Origin: Chiloscyllium plagiosum | Taxonomy: Eukaryota | NCBI RefSeq assembly: GCF_004010195.1 | Contig: NC_057737.1 | Span: 25,547,499 to 25,611,498 of the forward strand | DNA length: 64,000 bases | Direction: 5' to 3' | Shown here: piece after piece, positions 10,926 through 24,342 of the stretch | How positions within the stretch are numbered: the stretch's first letter is position 1 | How the letters are laid out: every line of letters starts with the position of its first letter | The notes under the pieces: model-generated | Seen by the model: only the letters and a program-made list of their open reading frames with translations | What the model was told of the DNA's origin: nothing | Databases searched by the model: none | Made by a program: the position numbers and the translations under genes

Positions 10926-13900
10926 GTAGGTGTAAGAGTTTAAGTGTCTGGAACATCCTTTCCAACCAACTCTGTTTATGATTACCCATATCAGAAAATA
11001 GTTGAGAAAAATATTCAATTATTGCCCAGCCATACAAAGTTGACTAGTTCAGTTATTTGTTAATTTTTGCTTCTCGGTGTTTACAGTAAATTGCTATTTT
11101 TTGAAATTAAAGATGTTGGCTTATGGGAGTAGATGCAATGTTTTACTTTGTGTGTGCATATAAAACCAAAGAATTGCAGGCAAATCATTTTTTTTTCTAA
11201 TAGCCTTGTACAGCAAAACTGAACTTTGTACTGAAGGAAAATTTTTTGTTCCTTTTTATAACAAATTCTGTTAAATTATAATAGAAACTATGTCGAGACT
11301 GAACTAAGTAAGGAAGCTTTGTGGATTCTGAATAAAACATGTAAATATACTTTAAATGTGCAGAAAATTTTCATAATCAAGTCTTACAAATTAGTGTTTC
11401 CCATTGTCCTAATCCATTCTAAATCAGGCACTTTCAAAATATTGTTGTAATTCTGTAGTTTTAAAATATTAAATGTTCACCTGTTCACTGTTCTCCTTCT
11501 AGAATAGGACTTCAATTATTTTAATGTAGTGTTGAATATTGGGGAAACCATGTACAACATTAGGTTGTGGACATAATGCTTGTTCTCGAATGTGGCCGCA
11601 ATCTTTTTTTATTCAGTATTCCTATTTACATGCTGTTTTGTTCTACAGTATTTTAAATATGTTGATGAGGTCTCCACATAATATTTCATAGATTCTGTAT
11701 GATATACTTTTGAAATTCAGGAACAAAGCAGCTCTTCTTTTTAACCTGCATTTACACTTCATTGCAATTATCTTTGAAATCACTGAAAAATGTCGGAAAA
11801 TTATTTTAAATTTGTTTTAAAATGACAAATCTGCAGTTTATACTTCAGAGAAACGTCTCGTGAAGGTTGCACACCTCTTATTCTAAAACAGTTTTTAAAC
11901 TATGTTGAAAATATGAAGTGCTTGTTAGACACAGCTCAGTTTTTTGCATAAGAGTTTAAAGTTTGTTTCTCTAAGAAATTGAAGTTTTTTTTATTCTCCA
12001 GCTGACATTTTCTGCACTTTTATCCTATATCTGGTCTATGAGACTCACTTTGTCTGCTCCTTTAAACCTAATTCTTGAGTATGAAGTTAGAATTCAGTTC
12101 AAAATGTTCTATGTAATATTTTAAGGAACTCTATCATTTCTTCCAGTGGTGATGAAACATTGACAGTAAAGTGAAATCACTTGTATAACTTATGGTTTAC
12201 ACTGCTATCTTGTATCAATGTTAGTTATAGATTTTTGAACAATTTATCAGGTAGGTGAATAGAACTTTCCCTCTGAATAATTTGGTGCATAAACCATGCC
12301 TCGATATGTTTTGATGCTTTCGAAACATAACAACACAATGACTTACAGATTTTAATTTTATTGAAGTTGTAGCCATTTAATTGAGAGATATGGACTTGAT
12401 AGGATATGGAGAAGCACTAGAACTTTTTTTTTAAACAATGGAGTAGCATACTTATTGGAATATGTGCAATCATTTAAAAGACTATTTGCTACTTATATGG
12501 CAACTTAACCACTGGGTTGTTTTATTGCCTGTACTGTCCCAATAAATATTCCATTTAACTAATCATTGTCAAACTTTGCTGAGTTTCAAAGTTGACATAA
12601 ATCCTTTCTGTTGAACAGGGAAACGTGCATTTGCCTGTTTTTATCTTTGTGACTGTCACTTGAAATGTTTCTTAAACTATAACAACAGCAGACTCATCAG
12701 AAAGCAAAAAAAAGGTATACACTACATCATTATGCATTGAGTTTACCTTTCCACCATTAAACATTTTTAAGAAAAAGCTTCCCAAGAACCAATTGAAGAC
12801 CATCCAGTATTTGATAAGCTTTCTGCTAAATCAAAGGCTATTACTGCCTTTGTGCAACAATAAGAAATCAAATCCAGGTTGTTCATTTTTTGATTGTCTG
12901 TTAAATGTTTTAAAGAATTGTATTGGCATTTAAATATGTAAACTATTCTTTGTGTGCTGTGTACATGTGGGAGTCTGGGAAAAGATTGTTAGTTACATTT
13001 TTCAGAAAGTATAACCCATGATAATTATGATTCATTGTATGAAATCATACTGTAATGTTTTTCTTTGTATTGTGCAATTTCTCAAAAAATAAAGTAATAT
13101 AAAATGTTTGACTCCTTCATTTTTTAAAAAGAGCTATTTTCACCTGCCTGAGCAAACTGTTTAAACTGCTTGTTCATAAATATTATTTGAATTTTGGCAA
13201 GAAAAATCTCTTGAAATTGTAAAATAATTCAGTTATAGTGAATATTTTTCCAGGTTAATGCTTTTTTTTAAAGCTAAAAAGAAGCACCTTCTTAAAAATA
13301 AAAGTTGTATTAGTTAAGAATATGTTCTGCCAAAGAAATTGTACACTGAAATGGTACAAGAAACATTTAGGAAATAGCTCAGATCCCTTCATTAGGTATT
13401 TCTGATTAGGAAATTCCTTTTGTTTGAATTTGGTATAGATCTCACTTTAATTACCTTCTTGCTGTTGCAGAGGTAATATGTTTTATTGCCATTAGAGGAC
13501 CTTTTATAATGCAGACCATTGTTTTCATTTCACCAGCAAATGTAACAAAGCCCAAAAAACATGGCCAATGTAGCCCAGTTTTCACACTAACTAGTGAGAT
13601 ATATTTGTGATATATCTTTTGTACCCTTCATGGAAAAACTAAGTTTGTTGTTTTAAAAAAAAATGCTTGCTAGGGAAAAGTGTCCTTTTCAGTTCGGCAC
13701 TTGGGCTGTCAGCACACCCCAAACAAGAGTGTGCACCTTTTAGTCAAGGACAGAGCTCGAGATAAATAATTAATGTAAATGCAGCTATAACAAATACCCT
13801 TTAATATGGTTTGTTCTCTGAATACCCTTTTAATGTTAATTCTCCACACTGTTACTGAGGAGAGCTATACCACAATGAAGTGTTCCAATGGGCAGTCCTT

Positions 13901-16900
13901 TTCAGGTGGAGCATGAGTTGCTAGGCATTGCCTAGAGGATGCTTGGTATGATGAGGCAGTTTAAGAAGTACTCAGTAGAAATCAATAAAGTAACATTTAT
14001 AAAGCTGGTTTTAAAATTTAATTGAAAATGTCCATAAATCTTCCTTCTGGCCACTGTATCTCACAACACTCCCTCTAGACCATAAAAGAATCAAACTACT
14101 AAATGCAGATGTATATTGCTTTTTGCAGTTTACATTTAATGTACAGATTAGAAAGTTCATTTTAGAAAGGGAAATTAGCCATGATCCCTCACTAAAGATG
14201 CACTAAATATGTAAGTACCATATTTATGCCTGACATGAATTTTATTCCTGTATTTATTTCAGAGGAATAACTTCTTCAAGGCTACAGAGCCTATGCAAAG
14301 GTTAATGATCATCTGATTTTGGAGACCTAAAAGTTTGTAGAGAGACTCCTGGAGTTTAGTAATTGAAAGATTATCTGTCTGTGCAGAGAACTGGCATGCT
14401 TCCTTTGCTTGAAATTAACTAAAATGAAAGTTTGTAGAGTTGAAAGTAGCGTTGTGACATAAGTTTGTAATTTGTCACAATATAAAGGATAAAGGGATCT
14501 TTCTATGATTTCAATTGGTGGTGAATGGTGTTTTCTAAATCTATACTGGAGCTTCAACTTTTTACCTACTATAATCTCTTCCTGTAGAATGCAATGTTAA
14601 TCTGAAAATGGAGCTGTAAACTCGTGAGCTACTAATGATTGCTTCGCAAATCATCCTTGAGGAAATCTGCTAAAGGTGGAGTAATTGCCCTTCTAAACTG
14701 TTATCCTTTACACTCCACATTTTCATTTTTCATTCTTTAATTTTACTTTGGCTTGTTGGCCATTTTTTATTTGGAGTGATTTCTGCTTTATACAGTAGAG
14801 AAGTGATGGTGGGTTGCAGAGCCTAGCATTTAAATTGTCCAAAACATGTTGGACTGTAGCCTAAAGTTTAAATCAAGAAGAAAAGCTCACACTAATTTTG
14901 TGGTTTACAATTGTGACTAGTGCAACTTGATTTGTTTACTATTGTATGATATTTCATGGACTGTTAGTCGTCTTGCTCACTTGCAAAGTGATTTTTGCTA
15001 GAATGGAACAAACAGTGCACTTTATTTTGTATTGGTTCACAAACTGATTCAAGTGAGTTGAACAATATTCTATATTTAAATTGCAACATCAATGTAGCTC
15101 TTTATATAACTACTTTTTTCTGTTTTTCCACATAATCTTGTTCCTAGCGGACTTCTAGCCACTATTTCAGAACACTGCCCTCCTTGTTACCTTGCAAACA
15201 AAAGACTTAAAAAGTCATATTTTCTGACAATGTATGTAAAATTTTTAAGTTAGTGGCATTAACAGACTTTTTGAAAGTCAAACTACATTGCAGTGTCAAT
15301 GTTGTTGTTTACGTTAGTTTTCAGTGCTATTTTGTCTTGTGCTTTAGCCGATACTGCTACCTGCAGATTGAGATACTGGTCTGGAGTTTCCCAGGGTTGT
15401 AGGAGTCTTCACAGGAAATATCCATGAGGCTGCTTGCTCTTATCGCTAAGGCTCATCAATGCCTCATTTACTGTAACATTCCTTTATATGCATTTGTGCA
15501 AAGTAGGTTCTCCAATACAGCTCTTTATTATGTAAGACCTTTCTTCACTTGCTCAGTCCAGACTAGTGTTTTCTCTGTCACTAGTCAGTTAGATCATTCT
15601 GATTTATATGAATCTCATACACAACACCCCCTAAGTTTCTCTCTGTTTGACCTGCATTATTCGAGTAGTTCATTTTTGTTTACTTTATCTTTGTAATCAT
15701 TACATCATTATTACTAACATCACTTATCACCATTTTCTTCATCTTTTCTCCTCGTTTCCTCCAAGCCCGAATGCAAAGGTATGTTTGGCTTGAACTTGTA
15801 CTCTCAAACTGTAATGTCCATTTTTAACTACCTCTCCATTGACAATTCAACTGCCGATTATGTATTATAGAGTTGCTGTGTGACAGAGTCGAGCAAATTC
15901 TCAGTGTGGACTCTTGTGGATCAGAAACTTCGCAGTCTTAACTGCTCTGTCTGCCTCTCATTTTTGATTTGAGGATGGAGTGGAGAACTTGCCATTCAGA
16001 TGACGCCTGTCTCCAAAGTAAATCACTGAAATCCTCATCCTTGAATCCTCATCACAAAGATCACTTTTTGTGCTCTTATCAGTGAGTCTAAATGAAGTCT
16101 TGCCATTGCAATTCATCTTGATTGGAGAGCAAAAGTAAAACACTCTATCATATCTAGATGTCCCCACGGATTTTCTGGAGAAATTCTATTAGCATAGACT
16201 AGTATAGCCGTTTTATGGTTGTACAGCAACACGTCTTTCACTGTTATCAAATGTTTGTATTATCTTTTAAGCTTTTGGTCTGTTGTACTATATTTATACC
16301 ACTCAGTTGTAGTTATCTGACCTTCGTGCTCTCCTTGATAATTTTTCTGAGCTGCACAAATTTGTCTGCGTTTACCCTCTATTGCTGTTTGTTTTAGCTG
16401 TAGAATAATACTTTCTACCTCTACAAGAGTTCAATCCACTGCTGCCCTCAAGTGTCTCTGTTGTTACTTGCACCTTGTCTGGATCATTGACTACCATAAT
16501 TGTATCTCACCACCTTAAGTCTGAACCTTTGTATGATAGAGACATTTTTAGATTTCCTTTAATCCCAAAAGCATTCCCAACGTCTTGTGGTCTACATTGA
16601 CCTGGAATTTCAATTCTTTGCACATCCCTATGTAAGTGCAAATCTTGCTTTTCAATGATTGCATACTCATGTTCAGTTTCCATTAAAGTTCTCAGTTTTC
16701 AATTGAATATGGATTGCTCTTAATCCTATGGGTGGTGTATCTCATACTACTATTGTGAATGTGCCTGGATTGTATTCTGCTAGAACATTAGTAGAAAATA
16801 ACTTTTTTAATCTTTTCAAAAACTGTAGTCTGTTTCTGACTCCAATATCATATGGCTTTTTTCAAAAGATCTCTTATGAGTTCAGTAAGACTGGCTAAGT

Positions 16901-17681
16901 TGGATATAAATTTTCTAAATTTGAATTACCACACCTAACAAGCACTCTACATCGTATATGCACTTTGGTCCTTGTCTTCCTTGAATTCATTGTGATGTCT
17001 TGTTTTTCGATATTGTATCCGAGAAATGTACTCATCACTTTGGACAATTTAGTGTTTCTCATTTAATTAAGGACTGTGCTCTGTAGTGTTGTTGGCATAT
17101 CATTAACCTGCTATGTTCCTTCTTCATTTTGCCATGCAACAGGATGTCATCTCGAAGACAAATTATTCACTATTTCCCTTCTAGGTTTGAGACATTTGAT
17201 GTTTGGTAGACTGTTAAAGCAATACTAACCAAAGGGTGGGATAAATGTAGTAAGCAACCTTAATTCTCGGTTTAAGGGTATTAGAGTGCACTATTGGCAT
17301 CCAGTTTTTTGAAAAATGATGCTAATTTTGCCAAATTATCATCAACAGATGAAACCGAATGCATTTCCCTCCTTGTTTAAATGAATGAGATCCGTATAGT
17401 CTTCATCTCAGTTTGCCTTGGGAACAATTATTAGCTCTGAGCACTTTTATGTCAGTTCTGTCCCTTGTAATATAACCCTGCTTTCAATCAGGCTGTCCAC
17501 CTGAGATTTTCCATTTTCCATTAATGGATTATTTAATTTTCTGTCCAAGCAGATGGGATACCATCTTCTTGCAGAGTAATGAAGAACAAGACAAATTGAA
17601 GAACTTTAAATAGCTTTGGAGATTCTTGCTGAAATTCAATCCTGTTTTCATTCTGAAGTAGTGTATCTACATAGATGAGTA

Positions 17682-17823
17682 CAGAACAACCTCGATTATC
17701 CGAACATCAGTTATTCAAATTTTGGATTATCTGAACAAGATCTCATGATCCCATAAAAATGCTATCCATTATCCGAATAAAATGCTCCTCGCCCATCTTG
17801 TTTGGATAATAGAGGTTGTTCTG
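17682..17823. mobile_element. Tigger/pogo-like MITE
   Basis: Terminal inverted repeats CAGAACAACCTCGATTATCCGAAC / GTTTGGATAATAGAGGTTGTTCTG, flanked by TA on both sides. Confidence 0.85.
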
Positions 17824-18506
17824 TATGTATATTTCTGCTCAGCAATGAGATCTTCTGATTCCTTTAATGTATCCAGTGTTTCACTGATATTTCGTCCTCT
17901 GTGGTAAAGCTTTGTAATGATTTGTCTACATACCTGAAGATTTGTATCTCCGGGACCTTGGAGTTTTATTTTTCGTGATCTGACTCAACCGTAGCGAACT
18001 GTCACCCAATACTGAGACTGATGTTTCTGTGTTTTAAATTCTCTTTCATAGTCTTACACTTTCAGCTTGATGGTCCAGAATCACTATTTCTATTTCTGTG
18101 GAAATTTTCCTTTTGCAGGATCTTTTTGTTTTTGAGGTGGTAGCAGTGTTGTTAACTTACAATATTTTCTAAAGTTTCTCAACTGGCCACACTTATAGCA
18201 CACAGTTCCCAGCTGGATATTTGTTTTACTTATGATTCTGTTTGAAGTTATACTTTGTATTAGCTAATATGGTGGATGATAATTCTTTCTCGTTTGGCAA
18301 GCTTTCAAGAGGGTGATAATACTAATGTTGGGCCGACCCATCAGTTGTGTTCAGAATTTCCAATGTAGATCCACTGCAGAACAATTTTGGGCCCTGATAT
18401 CTGCTTGCACAGTGAATTGCATTGCCTATTCCAACATTAAATCTGCCTTGGATTGGAGAATGTCTGTCTGAAATTCTCATCCCTATCATTAGCTACTGTA
18501 TGGCCT

Positions 18507-19414
18507 GTTGTGGTTCTGTTCGCTGAGCTGGGAATTTGTGTTGCAGACGTTTTGTCCCCCTGTCTAGGTGACATCGTCAGTGCTTGGGAGCCGCCTGTGA
18601 AGCGCTTCTGTGATGTTTCCTCCGGCATTTATAGTGATTTGTATCTGCCACTTCTGGTTGTCAGTTCCAGCTGTCCGCTGCAGTGGCTGGTATATTGGGT
18701 CCAGGTCGATGTGCTTATTGATTGCCTCTAGGAATGCCTCAGACAACAACTCACCAGGACAAAGGACCCGATACCCAGCATGAGCAAAACCAATGTAGTG
18801 TACAAAATCCCATGCAAGGACTGAACAAAACACTACATAGGACAAACAGGAAGACAGCTAATGATCCGCATCCATGAATACCAACTAGCCACNNNNNNNN
18901 NNNNNNNNNNNNNNNNNNNNNNNNNNNNNNNNNNNNNNNNNNNNNNNNNNNNNNNNNNNNNGTGGCTACTAAGGATAGCTGGTCGTGTCGTTTCGTGGCT
19001 AGTTGGTATTCATGGATGCGGATCATTAGCTGTCTTCCTGTTTGTCCTATGTAGTGTTTTGTTCAGTCCTTGCATGGGATTTTGTACACTACATTGGTTT
19101 TGCTCATGCTGGGTATCGGGTCCTTTGTCCTGGTGAGTTGTTGCCTCTAGGAATGCCTCAGACAATCAATAAGCACATCGACCTGGACCCAATATACCGG
19201 CCACTGCAGCGGACAGCTGCAACTGACAACCAGAAGTGGCAGATACAAATCACTATAAATGCCGGAGGAAACCTCATAGAAGCGCTTCACAGGAGGCTCC
19301 CAAGGACTGATGTCACCTAGACAGGGGATGAAACGCCTGCAACACAAATTCTCAGCTCGGCGAACAGAACGACAACAACGAGCACCCGAGCTACAAATCT
19401 TCTCTCAAACTTTG
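18507..19414. mobile_element. Penelope-like element family B insertion with inverted segments (spans an assembly gap)
   Basis: GIY-YIG region (VVYKIPCKD..HYIGQTGRQL; INKHIDLDPIY) in both orientations; 13-bp target duplication TACTGTATGGCCT at 18494-18506 and 19415-19427. Confidence 0.88.
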
Positions 19415-20739
19415 TACTGTATGGCCTCTAATTCATCCTTCTTCAATGCATAGTACCCACAGCATCCTGATGAATGATATAAATCTGTTCAAACGGCTTC
19501 TATTAATTTGTCTCATGCTGAGATTGCTGATTTTTGAATCTCTCCTATTCTATCACTAACTTTCTTTTCAAGCTGAAGCTAGTGTCAAATATTTTAATCA
19601 GTGCAGAATGCTGGATGTTACTTTGTTTCATGCTTTGCCTTACAAGAACATCATCAGCCAGTGGACCTATAAAACGTTGACTCGACGGTTCTGCTCCTAT
19701 GTGTTAAGCCTTAAGCTGTTCTACAGCAGTGGAACTGTTACTTCCAGAGATTCCTCGTCTGTCCTTGTTACAGGCCTTCTGCACTATAAAATTGTTGAGA
19801 TAATGGTTAGGTCTCTTACTGACTATCAAACCTGATTGATCTGAGTGACAATCGATTTTTTTTTTTCTCCTCTTTACTGTCAAGGTGTTCTCATAGCTTT
19901 TCTTCAAAGTATTGCTGAGTCTGTGGCTTGGCTTTGAAGCCTTCCAAGGTTGAATTTGCTGCTCTTAAGCCTTTTGTTTTGGCCTGCCTTTGGAACTTTT
20001 CCTTTTTTAACTGTGCCCTTTGGATGCTGTTTAAACTTCAGATCCTAGCTGTAGATGTGTTCTCCTAGCTTTTTCTTACGTTTTAGGCCAGTACTGCTAC
20101 CTCTCGAGATACTTGTCAGGAGTATCTTGGATTGAGTGGGTATCTACACACATGCTGTCATTTGAGGCTGCTTGCTCTTCATCCCTAAGTAAGGCTTTTA
20201 ACCTTATCATGTATGATATTATTCCTTTATTTACTTCTGTGTATGGTGTGTTCAGCTGTCCACTACAATACCCAGGAGCTGTTCATTCTTCTCTCGCTCT
20301 CGTTGTAAATGATCAACCCCAGCCCTGCCTCAGTTCATCTATGGTGCAGCCGTCAACCCATGTCTTTATTATCTCAATGTTTGCCTAGTCCTGTGTGCTC
20401 TTGCCTGGCCTTCCATGATCTGCCCAAAATTCTGCTGTATCTTGCACCAAGTACTGTACCCTTCAACCTTCTTTGTTAACCTACATAAGCTCACGATTAA
20501 GCAACACTTGAGTGGGGAGAAGAGAGGAACAATAAAGAGGAGGCAAGAGTGCTCAGAATGTCAGATATGCTACCATTTCCCCAGATAGGAAGCAGAATGG
20601 TTACGTGACTGGAGTAGCAGTCTGTAGGCCTAGACTTGTGCTTTGGAGACCTGAGTTCAAATCACCTTGCTCCAAATAAGATCAGAAACAGAGTTGTTCA
20701 CGTAATTACAGACCTGTTCAGACCTGTTCTCAATTCCAC

Positions 20740-21480
20740 AAGCTGACAAAGCGGTCTACCTGCATGTAACAAAATCTGGACAACATTCACCTTTTAAGCT
20801 GCTAAGTGGCAAGTGTCATTCATACCACAGAAGTGTCAGGTAATTACTATCTAGAACAAGACAATCTAACCATCTGACTTTCAATGGAATTACCATCATT
20901 GAATCCTACTATCAAATCCAGGAGTGATAATTGACCAAAAATTTAACTGGACCAACCTACATCTTAAATGCTCGTAGCTAAAAGAGCAGATCATTGGCTG
21001 TGAAATTTGCAGTGAGGAACTTCCCTCCTGATTCCTCAAAGCCTGTCCACTTGTCTACAAAGTATAGGGCAGGAGTGCGATAGAATACTTTCCACTTGCC
21101 TAGATTGGTGCAGCATCAATAATGCTTGAGAAATGCAATACTATCCATGATAAAGTATCCTATTTGTTTGACACCCCATTCATCACCTTAAACATTAGTT
21201 CCCTCAATCACGAACACAAAGTGGTAGCAGGGTGCACCACCTGCAAGATGCAATTGTTAAAGATGCATAGGAATGCCACCATTTATACTTTATTCAAGCC
21301 ATATTGTAAATATATTTGTTTCTTCTCTGTTGCTGAGTCAAATCCTGTAACTTCTCCCTACACGCACCATGTTGGCTGCAACAATTCAACAAAGCAGCTC
21401 ACCACCACTTGCAGTGGTAATTTGGCAGAGGGATGAGTGGCAAATGCTGGGCTTCAGTGACACCTATATCCAGTGATGGA
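20740..21480 (+). mobile_element. Decayed LINE family B 3' fragment
   Basis: TACAAA..GGCAGGAGTGCGATAGAATACTTTCCACTTGCCTAGAT matches 33580-33630; shared tail CAGCTCACCACCAC..AAATGCTGG. Confidence 0.65.
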
Positions 21481-21844
21481 ATTTTAAATACCACAAGCAT
21501 TCTAATCTTTCATACATGTATCTGTCTGTCTGTCTATCTCAAACATTTTGTGCATATGTTATAAATATATTATTTTAATATTTCACAGCAATCTTTTGAG
21601 GTTCTACCGATAGAAAGTAGGCTGGGAGGAGGTTCATGTGAAGCACAACTATTTGCAGGTACCAGTTGGCTGAATGGCCTAATTCTACTATGTACATTGC
21701 TTTAGGTACAGTTTACTACCTCAAAAGTGATATTGGTGTTTAGGCCTTGTCACCACCAATTATGGCAGTTTTCCAGTGTATACATGAAATTTGTGTTAGC
21801 CTGTTGGATGAGTGCTTGCCAATTTCTTGAAATTTTTTCAAAAA

Positions 21845-22260
21845 TGTATTCATTTTTGTAGAACAGGACATTGCTGGCTGGCTAGTATTTATTGCATGTC
21901 CCTAGTTGCCCTTGAAGGTGGTGGTGAGCTGCCTTCTTGAACTGCTGCAGTTGACCTACTGTGGTTGACCCACAATTTCATTGGGGAGTGAATTCCAGGA
22001 TTTTGACCCCGCGACAGTGAAGGAATGCTGATCTATTTCCAAGTCAGGATGGTGAGTGACTTGGAGGAGAATTTGAAGATGGTAATGTTCCCATATATCT
22101 GCTGTCCCTGTCCTTCTAGATAGGAGCGGTCATGGGTTTGGAATGTACTTTTGAGGACCTCTAATGAATTTCTGCAGTGCATCATGTAGACAGTACATAT
22201 TGCTGTTACTGAATGTTGGTGATGGAGGGGGTGGATGGAGTACCAATCAAGAAATGTACA
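21845..22260 (-). mobile_element. LINE family B 3' fragment
   Basis: Reverse complement of the tail of 33520-34080 (GGTGGTGGTGAGCTGCC, ATTTCCAAGTCAGG). Confidence 0.7.
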
Positions 22261-23736
22261 TTTTTGGAAGCATTGAATGTTCCTCCCTCCATGGACACAA
22301 TTATAACTTGCTGCTTTATTTTAAAATGTCTGCACTTAAATTTACTGTCAAACTTGAAAAATATACATTTTGATGCATTGATTTTGACAGTTTTCTGCTT
22401 GGTCAGGACTTTGGGGCTACATTCAAAAGAGTAAGTAGAGGTTTATTGTTAGCAGTAACTATCTCCTAGCATTGATTTTCCATGATTTGGTGGTTAAGTT
22501 TCTCTGCCTGCATTCAGGTCTTTAACTGCTGGAAAAGCAGAGGTAGGACATCCACTTTTGGAATGGGTGGGGGGGTTTCAATTGAATAATAAAATATGGA
22601 TTTTTTTTCCCAAGAATGCCAACCCTTCTTGTTTTGCTTTATGTAATATGGCTAGATTATTGTTGAAGCATTTTCTTAATACGTTAATATGGACACCAGC
22701 TTCCACTAATGTCATTAAATTGCATCTACAACTTCCTTTACAAAAAAAAGTCCACTGTTCTATCTTTTATTCTTGAATAAGTTGAAGGCTGCAGAACTGA
22801 CTAGAAATTCTCTAGCTGGATTGAAACTTGGATTGGAGAATGCCTAGTGGCTTAACCAATAAAGATAATGGGTCTCTGAGTTGTACAGAAAGTCTCTGAT
22901 TTGATTCCCTTGTTCCAAATGGGAATCCTGGTGTAAGTGTTGACCATCCACTGCTGGTCTAGGGAGGCTGAACACTTCCTTCGTTCTTGTTGGGTTTGCA
23001 ATACAATAGTATTTGAATTTCAGCTGTGGAATCTATGGCCAACATTAATCTTCCATACCTCAAAACCCAGCACTGTCTGTTTTTAAACTTGTCTGTACGC
23101 AAATGTTCAGGGAGTAGCAACAAGCTAGCAGTAATTGGTATGGAAAACGTTGTTGTCGATCCTGGATTGTGCTAACTTGTGTTTTGTTGTTGACATTAAA
23201 TTTGCTCTTTCTAGCTGTGCTTGAAGTCCGTAATATTAGTGCTAATTACTGCTTGCATTGGTGAGCGACTACGTAATCCAGGTTGGGTTCCTGTGGCTCA
23301 GTGATAGTGTCCCTACATTAAAGCCTGGAAACCTGTGTTCAAGCCCAATCTGTTCAGAGGTTGTATTAACATATCTATGAATGTTGATTAAAATACACTT
23401 ACGTAGCACAGGAAATCGTATTTTATCAGTAGCTGAGATGATTGAAATAGAAGTCTCAATATGATATGGTCTCTGTTATTCATAATCTATTGGAATAGCA
23501 AATTAAACAAGAATTTATTCCTTGGTGTAGATGCTTCCCTATAATAACTGTAAATGAGATCTGTGAGCGGGAGAGGTTAACTTTATCACTGCACAGATTA
23601 GCCAAAACCTAACAGGAAAATGACTCTGAAATAACATGATTAAAATTAATTATTTTGACAAAGCACCTGAAAAGCTGATTTAATTTGTGTGTATGCTTAG
23701 TTTGTCATCAAAATAAGAGATATCAGAGACGTTTCC

Positions 23737-24140
23737 CGCAGTGGCACAATGGTTAGCACTGTTGCCTCACAGCGCCAGAGACCCGGATTCAATTCCCGCC
23801 TCAGGCGACTGACTGTGTGGAGTTTGCACTTTCTCCCCGTGTCTGCGTGGGTTTCCTCCGGGTCATTTAAGAAAGAGTTGGATAGAGCTCTCAAAGATAG
23901 TGGAATCAAGGGTTATGGAGATAAGGCAGAAAGAGGATACTGATGAGGCATGATCAGCCATGATCATATTGAATGGCGGTGCAGGCTTGAAGGGCTGAAT
24001 GGCCTACTCCTGCACCTATTGCCTATTGTCTATTGCTCCGGTTTCCTCCCACAGTCCAAAGATGTGCAGGTCAGGTGAATTGGCCATGCTAAATTGCCCG
24101 TAGTGTTAGGTAAGGGGTAAATGTAGGGGTTGCGCTTCGG
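23737..24140 (+). mobile_element. HE1-like SINE interrupted by a CR1 3' end (about 23864-24033)
   Basis: SINE breaks at GGGTTTCCTCCGGGT and resumes at GCTCCGGTTTCCTCCC; the insert has a CR1 tail GAAGGGCTGAATGGCCTACTCCTGC and (CTATTG)n. Confidence 0.85.
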
Positions 24141-24157
24141 CAACCCACCTATACCCC

Positions 24158-24342
24158 TAGATTAGATTAGATTCCCTACAGTATGGAAACATGCCCTTCA
24201 GCCCAACATGTCCACACCGACCTTCTAAAGAGTAACCAGCCTTCCCCTATATTTACTTCTAACTAATGTACCTAACATAATGGGCAATTTAGCATGGCCA
24301 GTTCACCTGACCTGCACATCTTTGGATTGTGGGAGGAAACAG
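24158..24342 (-). mobile_element. HE1-like SINE 3' half, tail-to-tail with the preceding copy
   Basis: (TAGAT)n tail, then the reverse complement of the SINE body. Confidence 0.85.
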
